From Octopus vulgaris (taxonomy: Eukaryota), in NCBI GenBank assembly GCA_951406725.2, contig OX597816.1, positions 180,668,001 through 180,732,000 of the forward strand: DNA of 64,000 bases, read 5' to 3'. The position numbers were made by a program, and so were the translations under genes. The notes below the pieces were generated by a model that ran no database searches, was not told the DNA's origin, and was given only the letters and a program-made list of their open reading frames with translations. This document shows positions 37,701 to 51,830 of this stretch, piece after piece (the stretch's first letter is position 1; the number at the start of each line of letters is the position of its first letter).

Positions 37701-40097
37701 ATATTATTATTATCATTATTATTATTATCATCATCATTATTATTATTAATAGTGCTGTTGTATCACCAGACCTCCGCATTCATTCCTAGACAATGTTTAA
37801 TTCCATCCTGCAGTCATCCTCACCCTGCTGTCAGGACCCTTCTTCGTTCATTTGTTGCTTTTCTTATTACCAGAATATGATATCCAGAATAAGTGAAATG
37901 AGGTGCAACCATGAAATATTTTCTGAAAACAACAATTAGCCTCTTTTCAGCCACTTCTTCCTCAGCTACCGATGCTAGCGACAACACTAACGCTACCAAG
38001 GCTACAAAGACTATCACCATCACTAACACTACTACCTACACCATCACCAACAACACCACTTAACCCACCACTTTCCATCATTATTGCAAATGAGTTGGTG
38101 TAGAGAGGTAACAGCCATGGTAGTGACGGCGGCTCTGCAGTGTTGAGAATAACCCCTCATTTAAATGTGTTAAGTAGGTGTGAATAGAAAAGGAAATTAA
38201 AAGCCATTTCCTAGATTAATAAAACCAATTTTTTTAAAGCTTGGTGTGAAAAATAAAAGAATAAGAAAATCTAAATATTATTAAAAGATAAAAGAACAAA
38301 GCTACAAACTTAAGTCTGGAATTCATTCAAAAGGTACCCTCGGAAACAAGAAATCCAAAAGCAATTTTCTAGCAATAGAATGATGAAGTTATGAATGACT
38401 TATAGAGACAGGTGCAAAGAAATCCAGGTAATGGTTATTGTTATTTAACTCTGATTAACTATGATCAAAACTGTTCCAGTCTTTTACCATTTTCTTTTTT
38501 TTTGTGTGTGACCACAGCTAAGAGTACATTATCCAATACTTGCTCCACTTTTAAAAACAGTCGGATATGATTGAAGGAAATGTCAGTACAGGTCAAACAA
38601 TCATCACATTAAAGGCTCTCTTGTTGGTTTGGTTACCATTGTGGAATGTTATAGCAAATAAAATAGTTAACCCATGAAAACAAGGCTTCTCAAACTAACA
38701 AATACCAGGTTCCCACACATAAAATATTAATGTAGCTTTTTTTTTTTACCTTCCATTCTCTTTATCAATATGACAAAACAGAGTTTGCATTTATATTATT
38801 CTTTACAAACAATGGTTAAGTTGGATAAATTCAAAAAGTTTTAAGCCAACTTAATTGTGTTAAACACACTAGTTTAACCACTCACTTTTCAATTCTTAAA
38901 GTCCCTACTTACCACCAAGAAACACTGATTTATAAGACTGCTTGCCTGATTTAATGGACCAAAAATTTAATGCTAGGCTGATTCAAATCCTGCGTGTACT
39001 AATAGTTGTTTTTTTTAACTGTCAAGGGCTTATATGTCCCAATATTAGACTATTTTCTATAGTCAATATATGGTGAATGCTTATAAGCTTAAAGCTTATA
39101 ATTGTTACCTGCAGAATGTACATATGTATATGCATGCATGCATACACCCTCATACATGCATATTCTTTGGTATCTATAGGCAGCAAGGAACCATGGATTT
39201 GCAGCTAGAAAGACTTGCTTTGGTCTTTATTGGTAGAGCACAGTGAGGCAATTAACCTCTTTTCAGCCACTTTTTCCTCAGCTACCTGTGCTAGCGAAAC
39301 TAATGCTAATACCAGGCCTGAACAAATCTGTATAGAAAACCAGTAGTTGCCCATGTAGCAGACCACCTCCTCTCCACATCATTGACTTTGTCCAAGAGAA
39401 GGGCTGATACAGTTTCTGCCAATGTCATTGCAGAAATTGTCAAGAACAAAGTTAAAAACTATAAAGGACTGCCTTACAGATACCTACCAACTCTTGATTT
39501 TTAATTAATTATATTGAAGCCAGTACCTAATTAGTACTAGTGCTTTAGTTTCTTTACTGACACAAGAAGGAAGCAAGTCAAAGTTAACATTGGTGGAGTT
39601 TGAATGCATCACATACAAAGCCAGGATAAATTGCACAAGGTGTTTTTTCTGAAGCTGAACAACTCTGCCACCAACCACCCAACACACACAAAGTGTTCTT
39701 ATATATATATATCATCATCATCATCATTTAACGTCCGCTTTCCATGCTAGCATGGGTTGGACGGTTCAACTGGGATCTGGGAAGCCAGAAGGCTGCACCA
39801 GGCCAGTCAGATCTGGCAGTGTTTCTACAGCTGGATTCCCTTCCTAACACCAATCACTCCGTGAGTGTATATATATATACACACACACATACACACTTCT
39901 TTTCTCTATTGAGCTGCAGATGTTCGTTACATAATTTTAAATAATCATTTTGGTGTGTAACAAGTTTAATTAAAGAAGTTCAAACAGTGGAATAAATCTG
40001 ATGCCTCCATTATTCGAATGTCTTGCACTGCTATTGGCAGATAAAGATCATCACAAGGTTTCTCAGATTCTAATGTTTTAACATTAATGCTGTCTGA

Positions 40098-40508
40098 AGG
40101 CAACGAGCTGGCAGAATCGTTAGCACACCTGGCAAGAAGCCTAGCAGCATTTCATCCCTCTTTATGATCTGAGTTCAAATTTTACCAGAGTTAACTTTGC
40201 CTTTCACCCTTTCGGGTTCAATAAAATATATACCAGATGAGGAGCACAGGGGTCAATGGTGTTGGATGTTAAGCAAAGCTGCTAACACAAAGATAGCAGT
40301 GGATCTGATGTGATACTTGTTATTGCTGTTTAGCACCAGGTCAGCTTTGATGTTCATCACATTCCTGTCATCTACATTGTCTTTCTTTTAGATGCTTAGT
40401 TTTCATGTCAAGTTCATATGATCTGTTCTGTTTTTTCAGATATCAATGTAATCAACTAACTTTCTCTCCCAAAATTACTGACCTGGTGCCAAAATTTTGA
40501 ACCAATAC
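40098..40508 (+). mobile_element. Family B SINE interrupted by a 184-bp templated insertion
   Basis: SINE sequence stops at ggggtcaatg (40258) and resumes at tcaatgtaatc (40443). Confidence 0.88.
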
Positions 40509-42844
40509 TAATGCAGTCTTGTTTCCTTTTACTGTATATTATATCATCTAATCTGTTTTACTTTGAATTATGCTGTGATAGAGGTGAAGAGGCAACACAT
40601 AAAAGACAATCCATGTCGAATCCTATCAGTTCTTCTAAAAGACAGAACAGCTCACTGCACAGATACGACTTCTGAAATATCTACTGGGATATTTTAAACA
40701 ATCATTATTCTTTTAGTATTTTATGAAAATAGTTATCTAATTCAGTATAGATGAATTAGTAGGTTTCATCTCCAAGGAGTTAACCAGTAGTTAGCAAACA
40801 CTAACTGAAATGGGTGGTAATTAAACAACTTACACTTGTTACCTCATTACTATATATTTTATGGTTTTAATCTTGTTTTATTTAGCTTTCATTTTATGTT
40901 TATTTTTCCCTTGTGACTACAAGAAAGACTAATACTTGTATAATGTAAGTGATTTCTGGGTGTTTGCGTGTGTGTGGGTGATTATGTGAGACATAGAATG
41001 TGTGTGTGTGTGTGTGTGTGTGCGTGAGAAAAACATTTCCACATATGTTCTTGTTTGCGTGCATGTTCATATGCGTCTAGAATTAGGTATACAGGTGGTT
41101 AGATTACAGGTGGTTAGATTACTCGGTAGACAGATAGAGGCAAGTAATCTAAGTGAATAATACTTGCTTCATAAAAGCATTGTAACAAAAGTTATGATGG
41201 ATGGTACCTGAAAACGAAAACAAGAGCAGGCATGGTTGTGTTGTTAGAAGCTTGCTTCCCAACCACCTGGTTCCAGGTTCAATCTCACTGCATGGCACCT
41301 TGAGCAAATGTCTTCTCCTATAGCTTCAGGCTGACCAAAGCCTTATGAGTAGATTTGGTATATGGAAACTGAAAGAAGCCCATCGTGTGTGTGTGTCTTT
41401 TTGTCCCCATCACTGCTTGACAGCCAGTGTTCGTGTGTTTACATCCCTGTAACTTAGCAGTTTGGCAAAAGATACTGATAGAATAAGTGTCAGAAACTAG
41501 AAAGAAAAGGTGGAATTAGATCTCATAATGATGAGCATCGCACATCTGATGACATATCTATTGACAAAACTGCAGATATCTGACATTAAAATAATAATAA
41601 CGCTGATGATGATGGTCAGACAAATAGACTGCCCAACAATATCTTCATCAAAACTAAAGAAGACTACTAGAATAACGGATGAAAGCTGCTAGATGGTCAT
41701 TTGATCAGCTAAAAGTAGCAGCCACATCTCAAATCACACACTACTGTCTTAAATATTATACCAGAAACACATTTAAATCAAGGTCTACTCAATCAAGACT
41801 GACCTAGGGTTAAACACCAACAACACAATTCAAGCAGCTGTGATTTTGAAATGTATTAACTTTGTTCTGACAACTATGACAATACTAGTGCTAATCTGTA
41901 TTAGCTGTTCCTCTTCCTTTGGACAACATCGGTGGTGTGGAGCAGGAAGACTAGCTGCATGGAAGACTTAGTCACCCTACTACAATCTTGCCTAGGCTTA
42001 CATCCTGGAAAGGACAGTACAATGTCACCTCATTCTACGAACACAGATGAATACAAATTTTCCCAGGTACATACAAATAGTCTCATGAGACAGATGCCAA
42101 AGAACAGACCTTTCCAACTTAACAAAGAGATAGTGAGTTTTGGGGGTTACTACCAGAGGATGTACTGAATATCATGATGCCCCGATGTAATTCAAGTTGG
42201 TAGACGAAGTGGCAAAGCTCTAACAATTCAAACTTTAAACAAGTTCAACAGTATATTCCTGACTTCACATCAGATTTACCAACCTATCCTTGAGTAACTA
42301 ATACAGGGTGAGATACTAGAAATAACAGCAAAGTTTCATGAAGATCACACAGTACTATCTTTAAGAAAAAAACAGAACGGATCATATGGACTTGACATCA
42401 AAACGAAGCATCTAAAAGAAAGACAATGTAGATGACAGGAATGTGATGAACATCAAAGCTGACCTGGTGCTAAACAGCAATAACAAGTATCACATCAGAT
42501 CCACTACTATCTTTGTGTTAGCAGCTTTGCTTAACATCCAACATCATTATGACTACGCTTGTATAAATAGAGTTTGTTAGTAAACCTTCACATCAGACCC
42601 ATCACATTCCACCCTCTTGTAAGTCTCACAATGTTTGTATAGCTTCAAATGAGATCACCCACCACTGCAACCACCACTGTTATGTAAGTGCTACGGTGTG
42701 TTAGTAGCTTCACTTACTGCACTTGGCGCTAAACTAGTAATGCAGCCTGCACAATAAGAATAGCTAATTTCACCATTTCGTACTTTCAAACCTTGCTGCA
42801 GAACTGTACATTTCTAGACTTCAAAATTGCACATATGTCTAAGT

Positions 42845-43075
42845 TGTTGTTATTGCTTAGCCTCAGGTCACCTGTAATTGAGCAGACTAATGATCAAAGG
42901 TATTCCAGTCATGACTAATACGTTTTCTCAGGCATGGTATACCAAGGACTATATTATACTATGTTACCTTGCTTAACTTTTATATATATTTTTAATGATG
43001 TTAAGATATAATTCAAGAGAAAAGTCACTGCTATTTCTAACAGGCTGAGCAATACCATACCAGCTTACTCGTTGA
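42845..43075 (+). repeat. Ancient ~230-bp dispersed repeat (representative copy)
   Basis: Motifs ttagcc.caggtca..ctgattgagcagac..atgatcaaaggcattccagc and gatttggctgctatttctagcagg recur in more than 12 diverged copies (e.g. near 3270, 8190, 22410, 23320, 35110, 44060, 44700, 53540, 62710). Confidence 0.7.
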
Positions 43076-43600
43076 CTAAACTTGTCTATGGGTACAGGTG
43101 AGCAAAACAAGTAAATAAAGAATAAAATTACCTGTTAATAGGCGAAGATTCAAACCAAAGTTTGTCAAAGTTACAACACAGGTTCTACATCTAACTGAGC
43201 CATTTACTCTGCATAGTAGATATTGTGGTTGTTTAAGTACAGATTGCCTAAGTCAACCTATGAATAAAGTGTTCCAGCCATGGCCATTCTATCTTTATTT
43301 ATTTGAAGTTTATCGAGAACTACATTACCTAATGTCTGCTTTTTTAAGACAAAAAAGTTTGATTCAAATGAAATTTGGCTGTTTTTTCTAGTAAGCCATG
43401 CAATCATTTAAAGTGCTCTCTCTCACTCTCTCTCTTTCCCTCTCTCTCTCTCTCTCATTTGATTATAGCATCCTCTTTGGCTTTAGAAAGCTGTGATTTC
43501 TAGAAGTAGTCAATAAGCTGAAGGTGTTGCCAAGGTGATACTTTTGCTGATAATCCAATGACAAAAACATCTACAGGACACATTTTTGCTTTTGTTGTCA

Positions 43601-44049
43601 TTCTTTTGTTCTTTCACTTGTTTCAGTCATTAGACTGTGGCCATGCTGGGGCATCACCTTGAAGAATTTTAGTTGAACAAATCGACCCCAGGACTTATTT
43701 TGTGTTTTAAGCCTGATACATATTCTATCTGCCTCTATAACCAAATTGCTAAGTTACAGGGATGTAAACACACTAACACTGATTGTCAAGTGATGGTAGG
43801 GGACAAACACAGACACACACATATACACACAGACATTATATATATATATATATCATCATCATCATCATTTAACGTCCGCTTTCCATGCTAGCATGGGTTA
43901 TACACACACAATAGGCTTCTTTCAGTTTCTATCGAACAAATCCACTCAGCCCAAGGCTATAGTAGAACACACTTACCTAAAGTGCCACACAGTAGGACTG
44001 AACCCAGAATCATGTGGTTGGGAAACAAACTTCTAACCACACAGCCATG
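43601..44049 (-). mobile_element. SINE family A with a short RTE tail inserted in its microsatellite
   Basis: Reverse-complement homolog of 1792-2160; tcatcatcatttaacgtccgctttccatgctagcatgggtt at ~43853-43899. Confidence 0.85.
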
Positions 44050-45125
44050 TTGTTGTTGAATTCCTGTTCAGAACTGATTGAATAAACCCATGATCAAGAA
44101 CATTCCAACCATAACCATCACTTTTCTTTTCTTTTTTTTTTTTTCAGGTATGGTAATTATATTTCAATCTACATTATCCAATGTCTCCTTTCTTAACTAA
44201 GCTAGGCTGTGATTGCAAGGACATTTTGCTATTATTTCTAGCAGTTAAGAAACCATGTATAGGCCCCCATGTTAGCTTGTTGCTTTATATTACATCTGAA
44301 CAGAAAGTAAAAGTTTATTATAATTGAAGATGTCAAATCTCTTTTCCTTCTAAACGATCTCATTTCAAGTTAACCATCCTTCAGACTTTACTCTCGATTA
44401 TTATCCTTGCTATGATTACCTTTATGCTTACCATTTGTCATCAGCATCTCATCATGTTGTTCATATCTCTTGCCTCTCTTCCCTGCCAACAACATGTGAT
44501 ATACCTATGTGGTCTCTTCCTGTAGAGTTATGATCTCATCCAAACATAATGTGACCTTCAAAGTTCATCCTCCTCATCAACACCCTTAACATTATTGATA
44601 CCAACAGCAGCAACACCAGCATCACTCACACCTCCTGCATCAATATCACGAATACCATCAGTGTCATTGAATTGACAAGGAATCTTTAACATGAACATGC
44701 AATCTGCTAGAAACAGCAGCCATATCTCCCTCATATAATCACACCTTCAATCTTAAAAGCAAAAAAAAAAAAGAAACATTTAACAATTAAGATCTAGACA
44801 CACTATGTTGAGTAAAAATATAGATGGCCATGGATGGAATGCTTCTGATTATAGATCTGCTACATCAGGGCTTCTATCAGGATAACAATAATCACCAACA
44901 TCATAGCATCCACATCTCATCGTCTAAAGTGGGAAGTTAGATTGTTATAAATCCATTGAACAGGGGTGGGGAATGGGAAAGTAGTCTGAGAATGATTATC
45001 TTGCTGGGTGAGATTAACTGCAGTAATTTAACACTGATTTGTTTAAATTTTCTTTAATATTGCCACTAATTATTTCTTTATTGGCCACAAAGGCTCATAC
45101 ATACAATACAAAATGTATAGGGATG

Positions 45126-45178
<53 letters not shown>

Positions 45179-45570
45179 TTCAATGTTTTTATATAATAAA
45201 AAACCTTATGAGCTGTTTATGGATATAAATAATGTGTGTGGCACGTAAAAAGCACCATCCGACCGTGGCTGTTGCAAGCCCCACCCTGACTGGCTTCCGT
45301 GCCGGTGGCACGTAAAAGCACCATCCATTTGTGGCCGTTGGCACGTAAAAAGCACCCACTACACTCACGGAGTGGTTGGCATTAGGAAGGGCATCCAGCT
45401 GTAGAAACATTACCAGATAAGACTGGGCCTGGTGCAGCCTCCTGGCTTCCCAGACCCCAGTTGAACCGTCCAACCCATGCTAGCATGGAAAGCGGGCGCT
45501 AAATGATGATGATGATGATGATATATAAGGTCCTGGTTGAGTGTAAAGGGTATTTCTAAGGAAACAACCC

Positions 45571-45595
45571 AAATACTGGGCTATCAACACTGCCA

Positions 45596-45627
<32 letters not shown>

Positions 45628-45647
45628 TGGCAGTGTTGATAGCCCAG

Positions 45648-45652
<5 letters not shown>
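45571..45652. repeat. Perfect 82-bp palindrome (26-bp arms around (TA)15)
   Basis: aaatactgggctatcaacactgccag-(ta)15-ctggcagtgttgatagcccagtattt. Confidence 0.95.
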
Positions 45653-45701
<49 letters not shown>

Positions 45702-47670
45702 AATGATAAAAGTGGGTAGGTAGCAAAAAGTAATACACATTAAACAGTAAGAAATACACATTAAACAAGTAAGAAATTAGGGGTAACACACCCACAAAGG
45801 AATGAGAAACAACCACTCATTTCGGATCAGAGCAATCTACAATTCTGAGCTCTTCCTGCAAACTTTTTCCAGTTGTTATTGCCTCTTCCTCACAGTAACA
45901 TGGAGTGGAACTACTGCTCAGAGCTTCTGATAAATCCTGTGTTGGAGGAGGAGATCCTCAATGCCCTAACTCATCTATCCAGTACCCAACCTTATATTCT
46001 CTAATGTAAATGGCACTGAAACTGAAACAATTCCACTTGTCTTTGCTTCTACTGAGGCTATACTTAGAGCTATAACTAGTGTTTCTGTAAAAACAAACAT
46101 AACAGAAGCAGCCGTGGTATTCCCCTTAGACACCTGTTGTTTCTGTTTCTGCTGTTACCTTTTGTTAATGTTACCCCCAAACATGAAGCAGGATGCCCTT
46201 CATCCTGTCATTTTCCTTCCTGCTCTTCCATGGACTAAAAGGCACCCACTACTATGACAAACTTCTTCCATGCTTTTTCCTTCTGCATAGACTTGACACA
46301 TGCAGTTGTTCAATCCTCATTTTTGTTTCTGGCTTTTCTTTCTTTTTTAGCAGCCTGTGTCCTGCAAAATGTTTTGTGGGGTGAGTCATATTCATTGTTA
46401 CCCCTGTTGAGGCCAGAATCTCCTTTCACCACTACACAGGTAGCCATACAGAAAGACACCCAAACAAACAAAATGGATGTTTGCAAATATATGTTTACAG
46501 TAAAATATCTAAGCCTGATCATTCTTTTCCACTCTAGAGAATGGGATAAACATTTAAATATACAGAAGACCTTTGTTGATGAAAAAGGAAAAAAGATTTT
46601 TTTTTTAATGTTTATCTTATGTAATCTTGGTAAGAATTACTTTTTCTGGGCACACTAATAGTGATATTTGTTCCTTTCAATATTTGGAAATAATAATCAT
46701 ATTTTCTTTTATTTTTTCACGACAGGAACAGTAGATGAAGAGAATATTATAAAGAGAAATCGCAAAAAGAGTGAGTATTGATGCAGAATTAATTTTGATA
46801 AAAATAAGGCATAGCAAACCAAGATTCAAAAGTGGTGTAAAATGAGAAATCCCAAGAAACAGCACAGATCCAGAACGACAAACTAATAAAGGTAAATGTT
46901 CTCTCTCCGTTCTTCCCAACCCTACAAGCGCATGCTAAAAGTAGACTCATTCATATGGACTTTGCTCACCATTTTCACATACTTTTCAGAAAATTGTGTG
47001 TGTGTGTGTATGCCTCTGTGTGTGTGTGTGTGTGTGTGTGTGTATACCCACCCCACTGCATCACAACTGCTGTTTATTTGTTTACATATCCATGACTTAG
47101 CATCACAGCAAAATAGACAGAATAAAATTAGTATCAGACTTAAAAAATAATTACTGGAGTTGATTTGATCAACTAAAACCCTTCAAGCATGACCACAGCC
47201 CAACGACTAAAACAATTAAAAGATAAAAGATAACATAAAGAGCATACTCAGAAGTGTGACAATTCGTAGAGAGGAAAAGTTAAGCAGATCAGCCAAATAT
47301 CATTATGAAAGGCTATCAAGAGAAGCAGTGTCTCCTAATCAACAAATCAATCAATTCCAACAGATGGTGATCATCATCATCATCATCGTTTAATGTCCGC
47401 TTTCCATGCTGGCATAGGTTGGACGGTTCAACTGGGGTCTGGGAAGCCAGAAGGCTGCACCAGGCCCAATCTGATCTGGTAGAGTTTCTACAGCTGGATG
47501 CCCTTCCTAACGCCAACCACTCTGAGAGTGTAGTGGGTGCTTTTTACGTGCCAGACGAGGCTGGCAAACGACCACGATCGGATGGTGCTTTTTACATGCC
47601 ACCGGCACGGGGACCAGACGAAGCTGGCAACGGCCATGGTTGGATGGTGCTTTTTACGTGCCACTGGCGA

Positions 47671-47735
47671 TATGTCTCTAAATGAAATGAGGACACCATC
47701 CAAATATAAGGAATTGAAAATAGAAATATCCATGA
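47671..47735 (+). mobile_element. Tiny relic resembling an R4/Dong restriction-like endonuclease segment
   Basis: SLNEMRTPSKYKELKIEISM resembles the K..KY.DL.IEI motif; very short. Confidence 0.35.
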
Positions 47736-47920
47736 TATCCATGCTGGAAGCAAATGATTTGGATGCAAACAAAAGACGTAACCAAAGTAGGCAGAGGAAT
47801 GGCTGCGTGACAGGGAGTTTGCTGCATAACTTGGGCAAATGTCTTCTATTGGAGTCCTAGGCTGAGCAAAGCCTTGTGAGTAGATTTGGTAGGCAGAAAC
47901 TGAAAGAAGCCCATCATGTG

Positions 47921-47998
<78 letters not shown>

Positions 47999-49558
47999 TG
48001 TGTGTGTTACTGTTTCCTTGCCATGATATCATGTGAGAGTTGTAAGCAAGTGTCACCATCATGCAAGTGGTGTCCATTTCCAGTCTTCTGTGACGTGTTT
48101 AGTCATAAAAAAATATTACTTTACGAGGAAAGAGGCGAAGATTAGTGAGAAGAAGGGCATCTGGTTGTAGAAAATGCACTACGACAAATTCTGCTTGACT
48201 CATGTATGCAAGGAAAAGCCGGATGTTATGAAGACAAAAACACAAGGACTTACAGATACTATGTCATATTTCCTGTACAAACATTCAAGAAATGTAACAT
48301 ACAAGAGACAACATATATATTATGAAGAGTATTTTTAATGTAACAGGGAACACACAAAAGTACTGTATATATCGAGAATTGTGCTCAAGATGTGCTGTGA
48401 AAAAATACAATAAAAATTAAACAGCTGAAAAGGCAATAAAAACTTTGTTGCAAAAAGTAAAATGTTTTTAATTGAAGAACTTAGCTATTTGAAGTCAGAA
48501 TGGTAAGATGTGATTTATCTAAAAGAGTGGATGTTGGAGATAAGTTCTGTCAGAGTCAAGAAATCAAAATGCAGACATCAGAAAAAGGAAACAGAATTAT
48601 AAGAAGGGTAAGGAGAGGGGCAGATAAGATAGACATTTCAGAGAACTGACGTCATTAAGAGAAATGATAAAGAGATAGAAACACCACAGCACTATAATTA
48701 AATAAAGAAATAAAGAAATACAGACATACACAAAACATAGCTTTATAAGTGATTGTAAGAACTTATAAGTCAGATCAAAACATGCAATGCTCTTTAGCTA
48801 ACTGGCTAACAGCTAAATAGCAACATTTCAAAATGTTCTGATAATGATTATGTAAGCAATGTATGAGGGACAACAATCATGGACACATAAAAGTACTGAA
48901 CTGTTAATGGGGATTAGCTTAAGACGGTCTCAGGTATCTTTTTTTTTTTGTTATTATTTTGGTTTGCATTCATTTTTCCATTTTTTATAAGTAGACTGGT
49001 TAACTGATCACAGTAGAAGTTGTTACCTTAGATAATGTCTTTCTTACCACAAACCACTCAACTGTGAAGTAGAGAATGTAACCTGTTTTATTGTTCAGTC
49101 AAGAAAACTGGAACGAACAGTGTTAGGTTTAGGTATTTCGTTCGAAGACAAAACACAATGACTGAGCAGTTCAGATCTGTGACTTTACAGCAACTGCAAT
49201 ACAAACTAAATGAAAACATACACAGAAGAAAGACAGACTTAATCCTTCAACTTCTGATCACCCAACTCTAAAACAGAAAAAAAAAAAGGGAAAAATTGTG
49301 AAGTAGGAAATTCCCTTACACCTAAAAATCTTCTATCAAAGCACATACCATGCACCTTTCACATAGCAATCATCTCTTTTGTTGTTACCAACCAGCATGT
49401 GCCTATATGAATACTTCTGTTGAATATCTGTGATAAACCGTTAATCTACACACTGTTGTATATTTAGCTTGTATATACAGACTGAACTTTATTCTGAGAT
49501 CAAATCACAAGAAACTGCAACATCTTAAGCTCATTCATACCATCACATATATAGTATT

Positions 49559-49635
<77 letters not shown>

Positions 49636-50055
49636 GAAATATATCAATCTCAGTCAGAATTTCCAACTACATATTTTCAGTTATTTGTTCACCTGAACTA
49701 CTTCCTGATTGTATTAGCATGCAAGCAGAGTGGCTGAGTATTTCACAGCTATAAGTGCTCTTAAAATAATACTCAGGTAGAATCAGCATGACATGGTCTG
49801 ACAAGCCTGAGCCTTTGAATTACAAGTACAATCCATACAATGGACAGCCACACAGTTTCAGTCAACTCAAATTTCCTGGTACTTGCAAAGGATGCCATGC
49901 CGTAGGATCAAACTGGGGACCTCATGATTGTGTAGCAAACTTCTTAAGCTTTTGGCCATACAAACAGAAATGTTATGTTATGTTTTGTATTAAAAAATAA
50001 TTAACCGATGTTGGTCAATTTGTTAGTTGATCAAAAGTTTTCTCTATTTTCTGCT

Positions 50056-50091
<36 letters not shown>

Positions 50092-50176
50092 AGCTTATGC
50101 TATTGTAATACAACAGTATTACAAAAGCCTTAGAGTGCCATTAGTTAAGCTGGTTTACTCTCTTTCATCTTCCCTT

Positions 50177-50237
<61 letters not shown>

Positions 50238-50459
50238 CAGAGAGAGACAGAGACAGACAGACAGTACAAACATTAAAAATAAAGATTTTCACCAGAAAAA
50301 AAAAGGGAAAAAAGAAAAACAGAAGCATATGAAGAGTGAGAAAGAGAAATAGAGAGTGTGTAAAATAAAATGAAAATAAGAGAGAGGTAGAAGGCAAGGA
50401 ATTAGAAACCAGGAAAAAGGTTCTTCTATGGGTGGGGGAGGTTATATATATATATATAT

Positions 50460-50823
50460 TGCCTGTGTTTGCCCCTAAAGATATCTGGCCCTCTAGCTTG
50501 CAAGATTTGAACCCAAGTGATTTTTGGATATGAGGTGCAGTTGAAGCAATATTCAACAGAACTTCTCACAACTGTGTGTCTTCACTGAAAGCTTCTATCA
50601 AGTGAGCTTTCAGTAAAATGAAAACGGAAGAAATAGTTGAGGCATGCACATCATTTTGTAAACGGATTGAACTGGTTAAGAAAGCAAATGGTGGTTACAT
50701 TGAAATGAAATAAGTGCTAAACACACCACAATAAACTGACACAAATATAAAACTTGCAGTGTTTGATTGTTCTGAGTTATATTAAAGATATTTAAATGGT
50801 CCCAATTGACATGTTACACCCTG
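50460..50823 (+). mobile_element. Tc1/mariner superfamily (maT/DD37D-like) 3' fragment
   Basis: IWPSSLQDLNPSDFWI*GAVE...ACTSFCKRIELVKKANGGYIE (equivalent to WPPxSPDLNPLD); terminus caccctg-TA. Confidence 0.82.
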
Positions 50824-51737
50824 TATATACAATTCTAGTTTGTTCATACTTTGATACCGAAACCTAGAATAGGGATACAATATCAATAAGATCTTTGGAA
50901 TTAATAAAAACAATATTGGAGATGATCTTCCTTTTGAAACCACCTGATGAAGATGTCAAAGATTAAAGGCAATAAATCTGTATTGATTAGTAGAACTGAG
51001 AAGGTGGAAAAAAACCCAGACATACACAAACACACACAAATGGGAAAATGTCAAATAGAACACAAAGACTGAAGAGAAAAGAGATAAGCAAAGTGCCAGT
51101 TGGGGACCCAGATCATCCCCTTTTTTACCCCTCAGAAGAGGTACCCACAAGCATAACCAACAAGTCATTCATTTGTCTCCCAGTTTCATTACATGTCCTG
51201 TTATTTCTGTCTTAATTAATATGATTAGAATGTTAAAAGAGCAGAACACAGTTGATAGGAAAGATAAGTACTAGTGGTAGTTGTGTTGGTGAAGAATATA
51301 GTGATGACAGGAGATACTACTGGTGTCTGAAGATAATACTAGCGTTGGTGGTAAAGACACTGTTGTTGGGGAAGGATACTGGCAGTGGGTGGTTGTGGCA
51401 GTAGAATTGCTGATGGTACACAGTAATAGTGGTGGACCATTACAGAATATTCTAGCAGGGACAGGCAGGAGGATAAGCCAAGGCTGCTATTTGCCAAATA
51501 AGAACAGATAGATGGGTGTAGGCGGTGGTAGATATAGGAGATAAAAAAAAATATTGTGTGTGTGTTTGTAGAAGGTCGTTATACTAATCATTACCAATGT
51601 TATTGCCCAAATTACAAGCATACCACCACCATAGCTACAACAATAACAATAAGAAATATTTAAGCCAAAAATTCCATCTCTAAAATATACAATGTTGAAA
51701 TCTGTGCTGACAGAACCCTTGTCAAAACACTGAAAGA

Positions 51738-51770
<33 letters not shown>

Positions 51771-51830
51771 TGAGAGAGAAGAAAACCTCAATCAAGCACA
51801 AAGATGAGAAACTCAAAACACAAAAGCACA

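Noticed and set aside
45970-46256. ~95-codon stop-free frame
   Set aside because: No recognisable homology or splice support.
49048-49193. Minus-strand segment with good acceptor and donor
   Set aside because: Stops in all three frames.
50944-50975. CTGATGA motif
   Set aside because: No stem II or GAAA follows.
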